Assembly: GCA_041641295.1 (NCBI GenBank)
Contig: JBEPYO010000001.1
Span: 736,001-800,000 of the forward strand
Direction of reading: 5' to 3'
Source of the DNA: Nitrososphaerota archaeon
GTDB taxonomy: Archaea; Thermoproteota; Nitrososphaeria_A; Caldarchaeales; Calditenuaceae
Length of the DNA: 64,000 nt
Part shown: positions 38,356-47,513 of the stretch, in pieces
How positions within the stretch are numbered: the first letter of the stretch is position 1
Layout of the letters: the number at the start of each line of letters is the position of its first letter
Translations under genes and position numbers: made by a program
The notes under the pieces: generated by a model
Seen by the model: the letters and a program-made list of their open reading frames with translations, nothing else
Database searches by the model: none
Told to the model about the DNA's origin: nothing

Positions 38356-40215
38356 CTATTTCGTACTTATCTCCTCTTCTATTGCTTCTCTGTATGCCTT
38401 GTAGAGCCGGTCTACGAGTCTGTAGACCATGTAGATTATGATTATTGCTGTGGCTGGTGCGAGGGATTTGACGATGTATGGGCCCGCTATCGGGAGGGTG
38501 CTGAGGCTCCAAGAGTAGGTCCAGAGAATTAATGCGAAGAAGAGGTATGTGGTGTCGTTGATTGTCTCGCGGATTATTGTTGATGTCAGCCGTAGCCTGT
38601 GTACGAGTTTTGAGGAGAAATGCTCAGCCAGTATTCCGCTCGAGACTATTATCTTTGAGCCGAAATAGATTATCACCCCTATCTCCACCAATGGCAGGAG
38701 TGTCGCCACCTCGAGGGTTATGGGATTCTCCACTATCACTATGTCGGCAAAGGGTGTTAGTAGGAGCCGGGTTACTAGTAGCCCGATGGTGAGGCGGAAT
38801 GTGTTGACAATCACCGAGTGGACGGCTCCCTTGACTGTCAGCTCCTCGGCGAGGCGGGGCCAAGCTTCACGCCTCTCTCTTCTGGGCATGGGCCACGACC
38901 ACGTTACAGAACCCTTGAAGAGGAGGGCCAACCCCGCAATAACGAAGATGATGGAGGCGGAGGCGATGTAGTATATCGAGTAGAGCGGGTAGCCGGCTGC
39001 CGCGAATATGAAGACACTGAAGAGCCTCGCGTCCCGAGTTGCGGGAATCTTCCTCAGGTTATCCACCCCGATGTTTAGTCTTGAGAGCATGTGTGTGGTT
39101 TGGCTGACTAGTGTGGCGCTGGCGGCGGCAACTATGGATAGGATCGCATCCAGTGTAGAGAGGGGCCAGCTGGCCGCGGCTACTCCAGCTATAACCGCGA
39201 TATCTGCGACCCTATCCAAAATGTTGTCGAAGACCTCGCCTTGGGAGCTCGTAGCCTTGAATAGGCGTGCGACCTCCCCATCAACACCGTCTAGGATGGA
39301 TGCTATTTGTATAAGTAGACCGCCGATCAGAAAAAACCCAGCCGGGAAGGAGACCGCCCCCAGAATCGCTACAATGAATGAGATGAGAGAGATGATGTTG
39401 GGGTGGATGAAGAGTCCCCTCTTGTAGAGATGGAGTGAGATCCTCGTCGAGATGTTTCTGTTCAGTAGCCTGCTCACCAGACCGTCTGAGGGTTTTACAA
39501 GGTCTCTCCTCAAGATTTCATAATAGACTTCTCTGGCAGCCTCTAGGTCGCCGGGAGTGTCAATATCTTTCCATAGGAGGCCTGTAACATCAACGAAGTC
39601 TACGTCGTTGTTTGCGGCCGCTAGGTTGATTGCATCTTTGAGGGAGGCTTCCTTTCCATATTCCTCGACAGCCTTCTCCATGTATTGCAGGCTACGCGGC
39701 CCGCAAAATATTACGCCTGTATCAATCCCATAAGTGGGTGTCAGCTCCTTCCCAGTCTCAACTACGCGACCCTCATTCAGCGAGAGTTTAAGACCCTCCT
39801 CAGCCGTCTTCAATGACGGCTTCCTATCGAGGCATAGTATGAAGGCCTTCTGGCTATTTTTAGCGCGCTTAATCATTCGCCTGAGTATTCGCCTCTCCAT
39901 TATGTGGTCAGACATCACGAGAAGGAGTGGTGGGTTAACCTCTTTGCAACCCATATATGCGCTATACAGGTTTCCGAAGGGGTCCTCATCCCGGATCTGG
40001 ATTACATTGAGACTTGGGCTAATCTTCTTAAAGATGTCTGCAAAATCCGGTCTAGTAACTATCGCAATATCCGATACCCCACTGCCTCTAAGCTGGTTGA
40101 TTATAAATGATAGTATTGAGACGCCGGGCTCGAGCTCCATCATGGACTTGGGCGTATGATGAGAGTAGGGGTGGAGACGGGTGCCCCTACCTGCCGCTAA
40201 GATAACTGACCGCAC
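38356..40215 (-). CDS. Bifunctional IPCT/DIPPS-like protein (nucleotidyltransferase plus CDP-alcohol phosphotransferase) with an extra C-terminal membrane domain
   Basis: ILAAGRGTRL, IDTG, WKDIDTP.D, DGLVSRLLNR.IS, DGVDGEVAR...GEVFDNILDR (CDP-AP signature). Confidence 0.85.
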   Translation of the reverse strand: MRSVILAAGRGTRLHPYSHHTPKSMMELEPGVSILSFIINQLRGSGVSDIAIVTRPDFADIFKKISPSLNVIQIRDEDPFGNLYSAYMGCKEVNPPLLLVMSDHIMERRILRRMIKRAKNSQKAFILCLDRKPSLKTAEEGLKLSLNEGRVVETGKELTPTYGIDTGVIFCGPRSLQYMEKAVEEYGKEASLKDAINLAAANNDVDFVDVTGLLWKDIDTPGDLEAAREVYYEILRRDLVKPSDGLVSRLLNRNISTRISLHLYKRGLFIHPNIISLISFIVAILGAVSFPAGFFLIGGLLIQIASILDGVDGEVARLFKATSSQGEVFDNILDRVADIAVIAGVAAASWPLSTLDAILSIVAAASATLVSQTTHMLSRLNIGVDNLRKIPATRDARLFSVFIFAAAGYPLYSIYYIASASIIFVIAGLALLFKGSVTWSWPMPRRERREAWPRLAEELTVKGAVHSVIVNTFRLTIGLLVTRLLLTPFADIVIVENPITLEVATLLPLVEIGVIIYFGSKIIVSSGILAEHFSSKLVHRLRLTSTIIRETINDTTYLFFALILWTYSWSLSTLPIAGPYIVKSLAPATAIIIIYMVYRLVDRLYKAYREAIEEEISTK

Positions 40216-40362
40216 GACCTAAATCTTAGTCCTCTTCCTCTGATATAACTTTTCGCAAAGGGCCGTTTTTGTAGAGCTAGTCTGTCGCGTGTGCTCGTGT
40301 GTTTGATGCAGCCTTATAATAGGTGTGAAAATGTATATTATCATGTTTTGCGATTGTATAAG

Positions 40363-40794
40363 ATGTTGAACGGTAGTGACCATAGTTGGGTATTCTTTGC
40401 TGTGTTGGCGCTGCTTGTGTGGGGTGTTTGGGGGTTCGCGGCTAGGCTTGCAGCCGCCTCGATTGGCTGGCGTGAGATGACCGTACTCGGCTCTATCGGA
40501 AGCGTATCTTCAATGATTGTCTTCGCGTTGCTGACGAGGCCTAATCTATCATATCCTCTCAGCGCATTTATGCTTGCTTTTGTTGTCGGTGTACTGGGTT
40601 TCATGGGAGCACCCATCTTTTACGCAGCCCTTGAGCGGAATCCCTCAGCAATAGTTGTCGTGGTAACCTCACTATACCCCGTCGTTACAATAATACTCTC
40701 GACACTCATCCTCAATGAAGTTCCTACCACTAGGCAGGTTGTCGGAATCGTGCTGGCAATTGCGGCCCTAGTCCTCATATCGTCTAAGACTTGA
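40363..40794 (+). CDS. EamA/DMT family membrane protein
   Basis: WGVWG, SLYPVVT.ILS.LIL.E; five TMs; ATG 40363. Confidence 0.85.
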   Translation: MLNGSDHSWVFFAVLALLVWGVWGFAARLAAASIGWREMTVLGSIGSVSSMIVFALLTRPNLSYPLSAFMLAFVVGVLGFMGAPIFYAALERNPSAIVVVVTSLYPVVTIILSTLILNEVPTTRQVVGIVLAIAALVLISSKT

Positions 40795-40842
40795 GGCCTT
40801 GGGAAGATGTATAAGCATGCTCTACAGGCCTCGATTTGAGGC

Positions 40843-42873
40843 TTGAGGGAGGGACTGGTGCGTGGGTTAGAGGATTCTTACAGGCAGGTCCACCTAGACT
40901 TTCACACCTCCCCACTAATACCTGATGTAGCGGCCGATTTTAATCCAGAGGAATTCGCTGATACACTCTCACGCGCCTCTGTAAACTCAGTTACGGTCTT
41001 CGCCAAGTGCCATCACGGGATGTCTTATTATGATACGCGGGTTGGAGTAAAGCATCCATCATTGAGGATTGACCTTCTCAAGGAGATGGTGGATGCTTGT
41101 CACAGGAGGGGGATTAGGGTTGCTGCGTACTATTCGGTCTGCTGGGACTCGTATATGGGTGAGGAGCATCCTGAGTGGCTTCAAGTAGATAGGAGCGGTG
41201 TGCCTGTTAGGCCCAGGCCCTTTGAGCGGCCCTACTACAGCTGGGAGACACTATGCCTCAACACGCCATACGTCGACTATGTAGAGGCACAGGTTAGAGA
41301 GGTTCTGAGCGGCTACGACGTGGATGGAGTCTTTCTGGACATAGTAGTGCAGAGGAGACCTGGCTGTCTCTGCCGGTTCTGCAGGTCTTCGATGGATAGG
41401 CTTGGAATGGATTATGCAGATGAGGAGGAGCTCCGGAGACACTCGAGGATGATAGAGGAGAGGTTTATGGCGAGGATGTGGAGGCTCGTCAGAGAGACAC
41501 GGCCTAATGCAACGCTCTTCTTTAACGGCGCATCAAACCTGAATATGGCGCGACTGGCCGAGAAGTATCTGACTCATTTTGAGATTGAGTCGCTCCCAAC
41601 TGGGCCGTGGGGATACTACCACTTCCCACTCTATGCACGATACCTGAGAAACTTTGGCAAGCCGATTGTAGGGATGACTGGGAGGTTCCACCTCTCGTGG
41701 GCTGATTTTGGAGGGCTTAAACCGGCCGCCCAACTAGTCTACGAGGCTGCCCGGATACTGGCCCACGGAGCCGCCGTCTCCATAGGCGACCAGATGCACC
41801 CGAGGGGAAGGCTAGACGAGGCGGTCTACAACACTATAGGAGAGGCATACAGGGTGGTGGAGAGGGTGGAGGAGCTTGTGCGCGGATCAGAGCCGCTTTA
41901 TGAGGCTGCGATCCTTGCGCTCCCGAGGTCTAGGGGAGCGGATGCCTATGTTTTTCCGGAGGGTGGGTTCGGGATTGACGACTCACTGGCTGGTGCTGTC
42001 AAGATTCTATTGGAGGAGAAGATACAGTTTAACGTTATAGACCACCTGATGGATTTTGACAGGTATAAGCTGCTGATAATCCCCGACTTTGGTCTTCTTG
42101 ACGATAATACAAAACAGAAGATTGCAGAGTATATCTCCCGCGGTGGACGAATAATATTCAGCTACAAGGCAACTCTAGAGGATGGAGAGTTCAAGATCCC
42201 AGGAATAGGCTTGAATCCAGTCGATTCTGACCGATACGATGTCGACTTCATCCGAGTCGGCCCGCAGATATCCCAAGGCATCCCACAGGGCTTTGACATA
42301 GCGATGTATGGCTCGGGTGTTTACACTAGGCTTGAGGATGGTGTGGCGCTGGCTTGGATTAGGGAGCCCTATTTCAGGAGGAGCTACAAGACATACACTT
42401 CGCACACCTACTCTCCAGCGGCCAGAGACTCGGAGAGCCCAGCCATCACCCTATCAAGAGACGGAAAGATATTATACATCTACTCCCCGATATTCGCCGC
42501 CTATTACAAATATGGCTACTGGCTCCACGCCAGAATACTCAGAAACTGTCTGGACCTCATGCTCAAGGACAGGCTGGTATATCCAACCCTACCACCCACG
42601 TCGGAAACATACCTCTGGAGAAGACAGGACTCCCTCATCATCCACCTAGTGAATTACCAGTCAATGAGGATTGGCAGGCACCCCGAGTACATGGGCGAAT
42701 ACACCCCCTACTCTTCTTTGAGGCTAAGAGTCAGGACGGCTAAAGAGCCGAGACGAATCTACTCCTATCTGGACGGGAGGGAGCTAAACTTCAACTTCTC
42801 CGCGGGGGTCGTGGACTTTGTGCTCGACGCACCGGACATATATGAGATACTTGTTCTGGAGGGCGCGGCCTAG
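40843..42873 (+). CDS. GH151/GHL6-like glycoside hydrolase (putative alpha-L-fucosidase)
   Basis: RQVHLDFHTS, FAKCHHG..YY, LCLNTPY, DGVFLDI, EIESLP, TGRFH.SWADFGG, GDQMHP.G; C-terminal trimerisation-like domain. Confidence 0.8.
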   Translation: MREGLVRGLEDSYRQVHLDFHTSPLIPDVAADFNPEEFADTLSRASVNSVTVFAKCHHGMSYYDTRVGVKHPSLRIDLLKEMVDACHRRGIRVAAYYSVCWDSYMGEEHPEWLQVDRSGVPVRPRPFERPYYSWETLCLNTPYVDYVEAQVREVLSGYDVDGVFLDIVVQRRPGCLCRFCRSSMDRLGMDYADEEELRRHSRMIEERFMARMWRLVRETRPNATLFFNGASNLNMARLAEKYLTHFEIESLPTGPWGYYHFPLYARYLRNFGKPIVGMTGRFHLSWADFGGLKPAAQLVYEAARILAHGAAVSIGDQMHPRGRLDEAVYNTIGEAYRVVERVEELVRGSEPLYEAAILALPRSRGADAYVFPEGGFGIDDSLAGAVKILLEEKIQFNVIDHLMDFDRYKLLIIPDFGLLDDNTKQKIAEYISRGGRIIFSYKATLEDGEFKIPGIGLNPVDSDRYDVDFIRVGPQISQGIPQGFDIAMYGSGVYTRLEDGVALAWIREPYFRRSYKTYTSHTYSPAARDSESPAITLSRDGKILYIYSPIFAAYYKYGYWLHARILRNCLDLMLKDRLVYPTLPPTSETYLWRRQDSLIIHLVNYQSMRIGRHPEYMGEYTPYSSLRLRVRTAKEPRRIYSYLDGRELNFNFSAGVVDFVLDAPDIYEILVLEGAA

Positions 42874-43268
42874 CGTATGAACACCTTCTCGGGCTTAATC
42901 CGCCAGATCAACCTATTTTCGCGGGGTCCTTGGAAACTGCTGACGCCCAGATACTTGTTCGCCAGCTTATCTATGTGCTCCACCGCGCCGTGAGAAGTCT
43001 TCTCAACTACCCGCCCCCGAATCTCGCAGTATTTGTATGGGTTGGCTGAGTCGGCAATGGCTATCGAGACCCGCGGATCCCTGTCCGTATTCCTGTCCTT
43101 CACCCTTCCCTTAACAGTGTTTACCAGAATATAGTCGCCCTCAATGTCCACCCAGACGGGCGAGACCTGCGGCGAGCCGTCCGGCATCAAGGTCGCGACG
43201 AACCCGAAGTTCTTTCCTTCTATGAGTCTCCTAGCCTCTGGAGGGATTAGGGCCACGCGAGTACCCAA
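42870..43268 (-). CDS. PPOX-class F420-dependent oxidoreductase
   Basis: ATL.PDGSPQVSPVW, K.RN..RDPRV, L.NKY. Confidence 0.88.
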   Translation of the reverse strand: MGTRVALIPPEARRLIEGKNFGFVATLMPDGSPQVSPVWVDIEGDYILVNTVKGRVKDRNTDRDPRVSIAIADSANPYKYCEIRGRVVEKTSHGAVEHIDKLANKYLGVSSFQGPRENRLIWRIKPEKVFIR

Positions 43269-43355
43269 TCAATGACACTATTTGACTGTACTCTAATCCC
43301 CTATTCGACTATGCTCAATTTTTATATATGGGGGAGCCATCAGAGGCGCGCAGGC

Positions 43356-44051
43356 TTGAGATACGAGATAAAACATCGCCCATCCTATTCGCTACTAGAG
43401 GTTGAGCTTGAGCAGGGCGACGCCATCAGGGCTGAGGCAGGCGCCATGACTTACATGTCCCCCACAATCGAGGTTAGGACGGTGATGCGTGAGTCAAGCT
43501 TCATCGAGAGCCTAGGCCTCAAGCTCCTCGGAGGCCAATCCTTCTTCGTGAACGAGTACTCCGCTAAGTCCGGCAAGGGGGTGGTGGGGCTCGTTTCAGC
43601 CCCGCTTGGCGACATCGCACACTTAGACGTCAGGCCCGGACTGGGCTACATAGTCCAGAAGGCGGCATACGTGGCGTCAAGCCCCAACATCGACTTGGAC
43701 ATCAAGTGGCAGGGATTCACCAGAGGAATCTTCGGCCAAGGCCTGTTCATGCTAAGGGTCACAGGAAGCGGCGACCTCTTCATCAACACCTTCGGAGCAC
43801 TCGAGAAGAAGACGCTAGCCCCCGGCGAGGAGCTGGTCGTCGACAACTTCCACCTAGCAGCCTTCACCGAGACCTGCAGCTACCAAGTCTCCAAGTTCGG
43901 CGGCCTCAAATCTACACTACTCGGAGGCGAGGGCCTAGTGGTGAAAATTAGAGGACCGGGAGAAGTCTACATACAGACTAAGAACCCGGCCGAGTTCGCA
44001 GAATGGCTATGGAGCCTCCTAGAACCATATGTAAGGTCTAGAGCTAGGTAG
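43356..44051 (+). CDS. TIGR00266/AIM24 family protein
   Basis: AEAGAM, GGQSFFVN, GLFML...GSG, VDNFH, GGEGLV...GPG.VYIQT; TTG 43356 lies about 30 nt after a TTTATATA box. Confidence 0.85.
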   Translation: MRYEIKHRPSYSLLEVELEQGDAIRAEAGAMTYMSPTIEVRTVMRESSFIESLGLKLLGGQSFFVNEYSAKSGKGVVGLVSAPLGDIAHLDVRPGLGYIVQKAAYVASSPNIDLDIKWQGFTRGIFGQGLFMLRVTGSGDLFINTFGALEKKTLAPGEELVVDNFHLAAFTETCSYQVSKFGGLKSTLLGGEGLVVKIRGPGEVYIQTKNPAEFAEWLWSLLEPYVRSRAR

Positions 44052-44190
44052 GGTTACATCGCCGTTTCCAGTTTTCGACTATGAATATCTGCTCAGTACG
44101 GGGTCTTAACGGTTTGCTGGCCGCCGTAGGTTCCATCTTCTGTGCCGAGTAAACAACTTATCTCGGGGCGAGGATACTATCATTTAGGGG

Positions 44191-44985
44191 TTGGCTCCCG
44201 AGGGGGACAGGCTTAGGACTGGCGTGAAGGGTATTGATGAGCTCATTGAGGGTGGGGTGCCTGAAGGCTTTCTAGTAGCCGTCACCGGCGAGCCGGGGTG
44301 CGGCAAGACGGTCTTCTCGATCCACTTCATCAATCAGGGGATATTGGATGGTGATAAGTGCATCTACATAACGACGGAGGAGAGTCGCGAGTCGATAATG
44401 AAGCAGGCTTCGCAGTTTGGGATGAATTTCGAGAGAGCTGTGAATGAGGGGAGGCTGATAATAGTTGACGCCCTGATGGGGAGGGAGGATCAGTGGAGTC
44501 TTAAGTCGCTTGACATGGAGGCCCTCGTCGAGAAGATCATCGAGGCTAAGAAGGAGCTTGGGTACGGTAGGGCTAGGGTCGCTATAGACTCGCTCTCGGC
44601 CTTCTGGCTCGACAGGCCCGCAATGGCTAGGCGATATAGCTACTACCTCAAGAAGGTCTTGTCGAAGTGGAACTTCACGATACTCGCAGTGAGTCAATAC
44701 GCAATAACAACGGCGGAGAGCTTTGGGTGGGGAATAGAGCATATAGCGGATGGCATAATCAGGTTCAGGAGAATTCTCAGAGGTGGGGAGCTGAGAAGGT
44801 TCGTAATAATCGAGAAGATGAGGCAGACGAATCACAGCAGATACCTTCACGAGATTGATATCAAACCGGGGGTTGGCCTCGTGGTCCTAGGCAGGGTCGA
44901 GAGAAGAGTTGAGGACTATAAGCTTCCACCAGATGTCACGAGAAGAATACTTGAGTCGAGGCGGAAGACTGGGGAGATCTTATGA
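44191..44985 (+). CDS. Archaeal KaiC-like (RAD55/RecA superfamily) ATPase
   Basis: TGVKGIDELIEGG.P, GEPGCGKT, TTEES, IDSLS, EHIADGII, EKMRQT. Confidence 0.9.
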   Translation: MAPEGDRLRTGVKGIDELIEGGVPEGFLVAVTGEPGCGKTVFSIHFINQGILDGDKCIYITTEESRESIMKQASQFGMNFERAVNEGRLIIVDALMGREDQWSLKSLDMEALVEKIIEAKKELGYGRARVAIDSLSAFWLDRPAMARRYSYYLKKVLSKWNFTILAVSQYAITTAESFGWGIEHIADGIIRFRRILRGGELRRFVIIEKMRQTNHSRYLHEIDIKPGVGLVVLGRVERRVEDYKLPPDVTRRILESRRKTGEIL

Positions 44986-45848
44986 TCTGGGAGCAGGTCA
45001 GGGAGTATTATTTGAGGCCTGAGGTAAGGGAGGAGATAGCGGAGTATTGTACTGGAAAATGGGTCGCTGTTCACTGCGAGCAACAGCCTGATGGAACTAG
45101 GCCCATGATTAGGTACTGGGAGCAGGGAAAGCCCCTAACGATAGGAAGCGAGGATGATGTTTTAGCCGTCCTGGAGAGGTTTTCACCGCTGAAGCCGAGG
45201 GCATTCTATGCTACAGCACACACCTATAGGAGGCTGAAATCCCCAGACGACCTAGCCGACCGAGATAATATTGTTCGATCCTCACCAACATGGGATATAG
45301 ACTCGAAAGACGGCGATTGGCGGAAAGTTATCAAAAAGGCCTTAGAGATCGTTGACGTTCTAGAAAGACACGGTGTAGTGAAGTCCATCTTCTTCAAGTG
45401 GAGCGGGAGGGGCGCCCACATCCACATAAATCCAGGAGCCTTCAGCCAGGAGCTTCTGCAAAGGGTCGACCCGCTAGACGTCGCCTATTCAGTAACCCAG
45501 TATATCACGCTTAAGATAGAGCCTGAGGATGGGGTGGTTGTCGAGAACAAGATCGATGCACAGAGGGTCTTCACGGCCCCTCTGAGCCTACATAGGTCGG
45601 TGGACAGGGTCGCGGTCTGCATCCCTCCAGACGAGCTGGAGGGCTTCCATATTGACTGGGCCAGCCCCACTGGGTACAAGCATTTCCCACATGCATGGCG
45701 CAGATACGAAGAGGGTGAGGGGGATGAGCTCGCCGAGAAAGCCTACGCTGCGGTCGGAGCATATTTTACCGTCCGTGCTGGGAGGAGACGAAAGCATAAG
45801 CCGCTTGACCAAGAGATCCTAGAGGCTTTCAAGAAGTTCGGGCTATAA
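44982..45848 (+). CDS. Archaeo-eukaryotic primase (AEP)-like protein
   Basis: Motif I WDID, motif II WSGRGAHIH, motif III KIDAQRVFTAPLSLH; ATGA overlap with the KaiC-like gene. Confidence 0.7.
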   Translation: MIWEQVREYYLRPEVREEIAEYCTGKWVAVHCEQQPDGTRPMIRYWEQGKPLTIGSEDDVLAVLERFSPLKPRAFYATAHTYRRLKSPDDLADRDNIVRSSPTWDIDSKDGDWRKVIKKALEIVDVLERHGVVKSIFFKWSGRGAHIHINPGAFSQELLQRVDPLDVAYSVTQYITLKIEPEDGVVVENKIDAQRVFTAPLSLHRSVDRVAVCIPPDELEGFHIDWASPTGYKHFPHAWRRYEEGEGDELAEKAYAAVGAYFTVRAGRRRKHKPLDQEILEAFKKFGL

Positions 45849-45989
45849 TATCGACCCGGAAACAAGTTTTAGATCGCCTTAAGCCTCTTCCATGTTGTGG
45901 TTATGAGAAGGACACAAAATTTTACTTTCCCCATGATATTCAATTATTGACAGGCCTAATACCTGTTAAAAGCTTAATATTGCTGTTGA

Positions 45990-46556
<567 letters not shown>

Positions 46557-46587
46557 TAATATCAGCGGCCAAACCCTTTCACAAATG

Positions 46588-46662
46588 CGGGCCCGCTGGG
46601 ACTCGAACCCAGGACCTCCGGCTCCGCAGGCCGGCGCCCTATCCATGCTAGGCCACGGGCCC
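46588..46662 (-). tRNA. tRNA-Arg (anticodon GCG)
   Basis: Minus strand: GGGCCCG/CGGGCCC acceptor stem, CCGGC-CTGCGGA-GCCGG anticodon arm, GGTTCGAGTCC. Confidence 0.97.
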
Positions 46663-46769
46663 GCGTGTATGTTTACTATGCTCTAATTTATGCTTGGACA
46701 CCCCTGTGGTTTTGGGGTAATGGGTTATAGCTGGCCGTGAGTGGTTATCTTGCGTTGGGGGGTGGGGGC

Positions 46770-47513
46770 TTGTCGCGAGCCTTGATTGAGGTGGCTGGGC
46801 TCTGGAAGAGTTTTGACGGCGTGCCCGCGGTGAGTGGCCTAAACATGGTTGTGAATGCGGGCACGATACATGGGCTCTTCGGACTCAACGGTGCTGGTAA
46901 GACTACGACGATTAAGTGTATTGTAGGACTCTTGAGGCCTGATCGTGGAGAGGTGTTTGTCGCCGGCCGCTCTGTCCTCACAGACACAGCCTATAAGAGC
47001 CTCCTGGGGTATCTCCCCGAGAACCCCGCCCTCCCCGAATACCTGACCACGGAAGAGTTCCTCATATTCAACGCTAGGTTGAAGGGGCTTAGAGAGGGGG
47101 AGTTGAAGAGGCGTGTCTCTGAGGCGGTGGAGCTGTTTGGTCTTGGGAGATACCTCGACAGGCTGATCTACGAGTTGTCTAAGGGTGTTAGGCAGAGGAT
47201 AGCCTTCGCGGCTGCGATAGTTAACTCGCCTCAGATCCTTATCTTGGACGAGCCGTTCAATGGGCTTGACCCTGAGGCGCAGAGTGTGGCTAAGATGTTG
47301 ATGAGGGAGACGGCGAAGGGTGGTGGGGCGGTCCTCGTGAGCACTCACCTCTTAGACTCTATTGAGCGGGTATGCGACTCGGCCACGATTATTCATGCGG
47401 GACGGGAGCTGGCTTCGGGAAGCCTAGAGGAGCTTAGAAGGCTAGCAGGCCTAGAAGGTTCAACACCACTCGAAGACGTATTCCTGAACATTGTCTCGAG
47501 GCGGCGTGTTTGA
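46770..47513 (+). CDS. ABC-2 type exporter ATP-binding protein
   Basis: GLNGAGKTT, LSKGVRQR, ILDEPFNGLDP, STH, LEDVF; start at 46737 or 46770. Confidence 0.92.
   Translation: MSRALIEVAGLWKSFDGVPAVSGLNMVVNAGTIHGLFGLNGAGKTTTIKCIVGLLRPDRGEVFVAGRSVLTDTAYKSLLGYLPENPALPEYLTTEEFLIFNARLKGLREGELKRRVSEAVELFGLGRYLDRLIYELSKGVRQRIAFAAAIVNSPQILILDEPFNGLDPEAQSVAKMLMRETAKGGGAVLVSTHLLDSIERVCDSATIIHAGRELASGSLEELRRLAGLEGSTPLEDVFLNIVSRRRV

Noticed and set aside
44047-44140. 30-codon minus-strand ORF (MEPTAASKPLRP...) or sRNA in the gap before the KaiC-like gene
   Set aside because: Too short, with no RBS or motif support; box motifs are degenerate.
44191-44985. Circadian clock KaiC
   Set aside because: Single-domain protein with no kaiA or kaiB; it is an archaeal KaiC-like ATPase.
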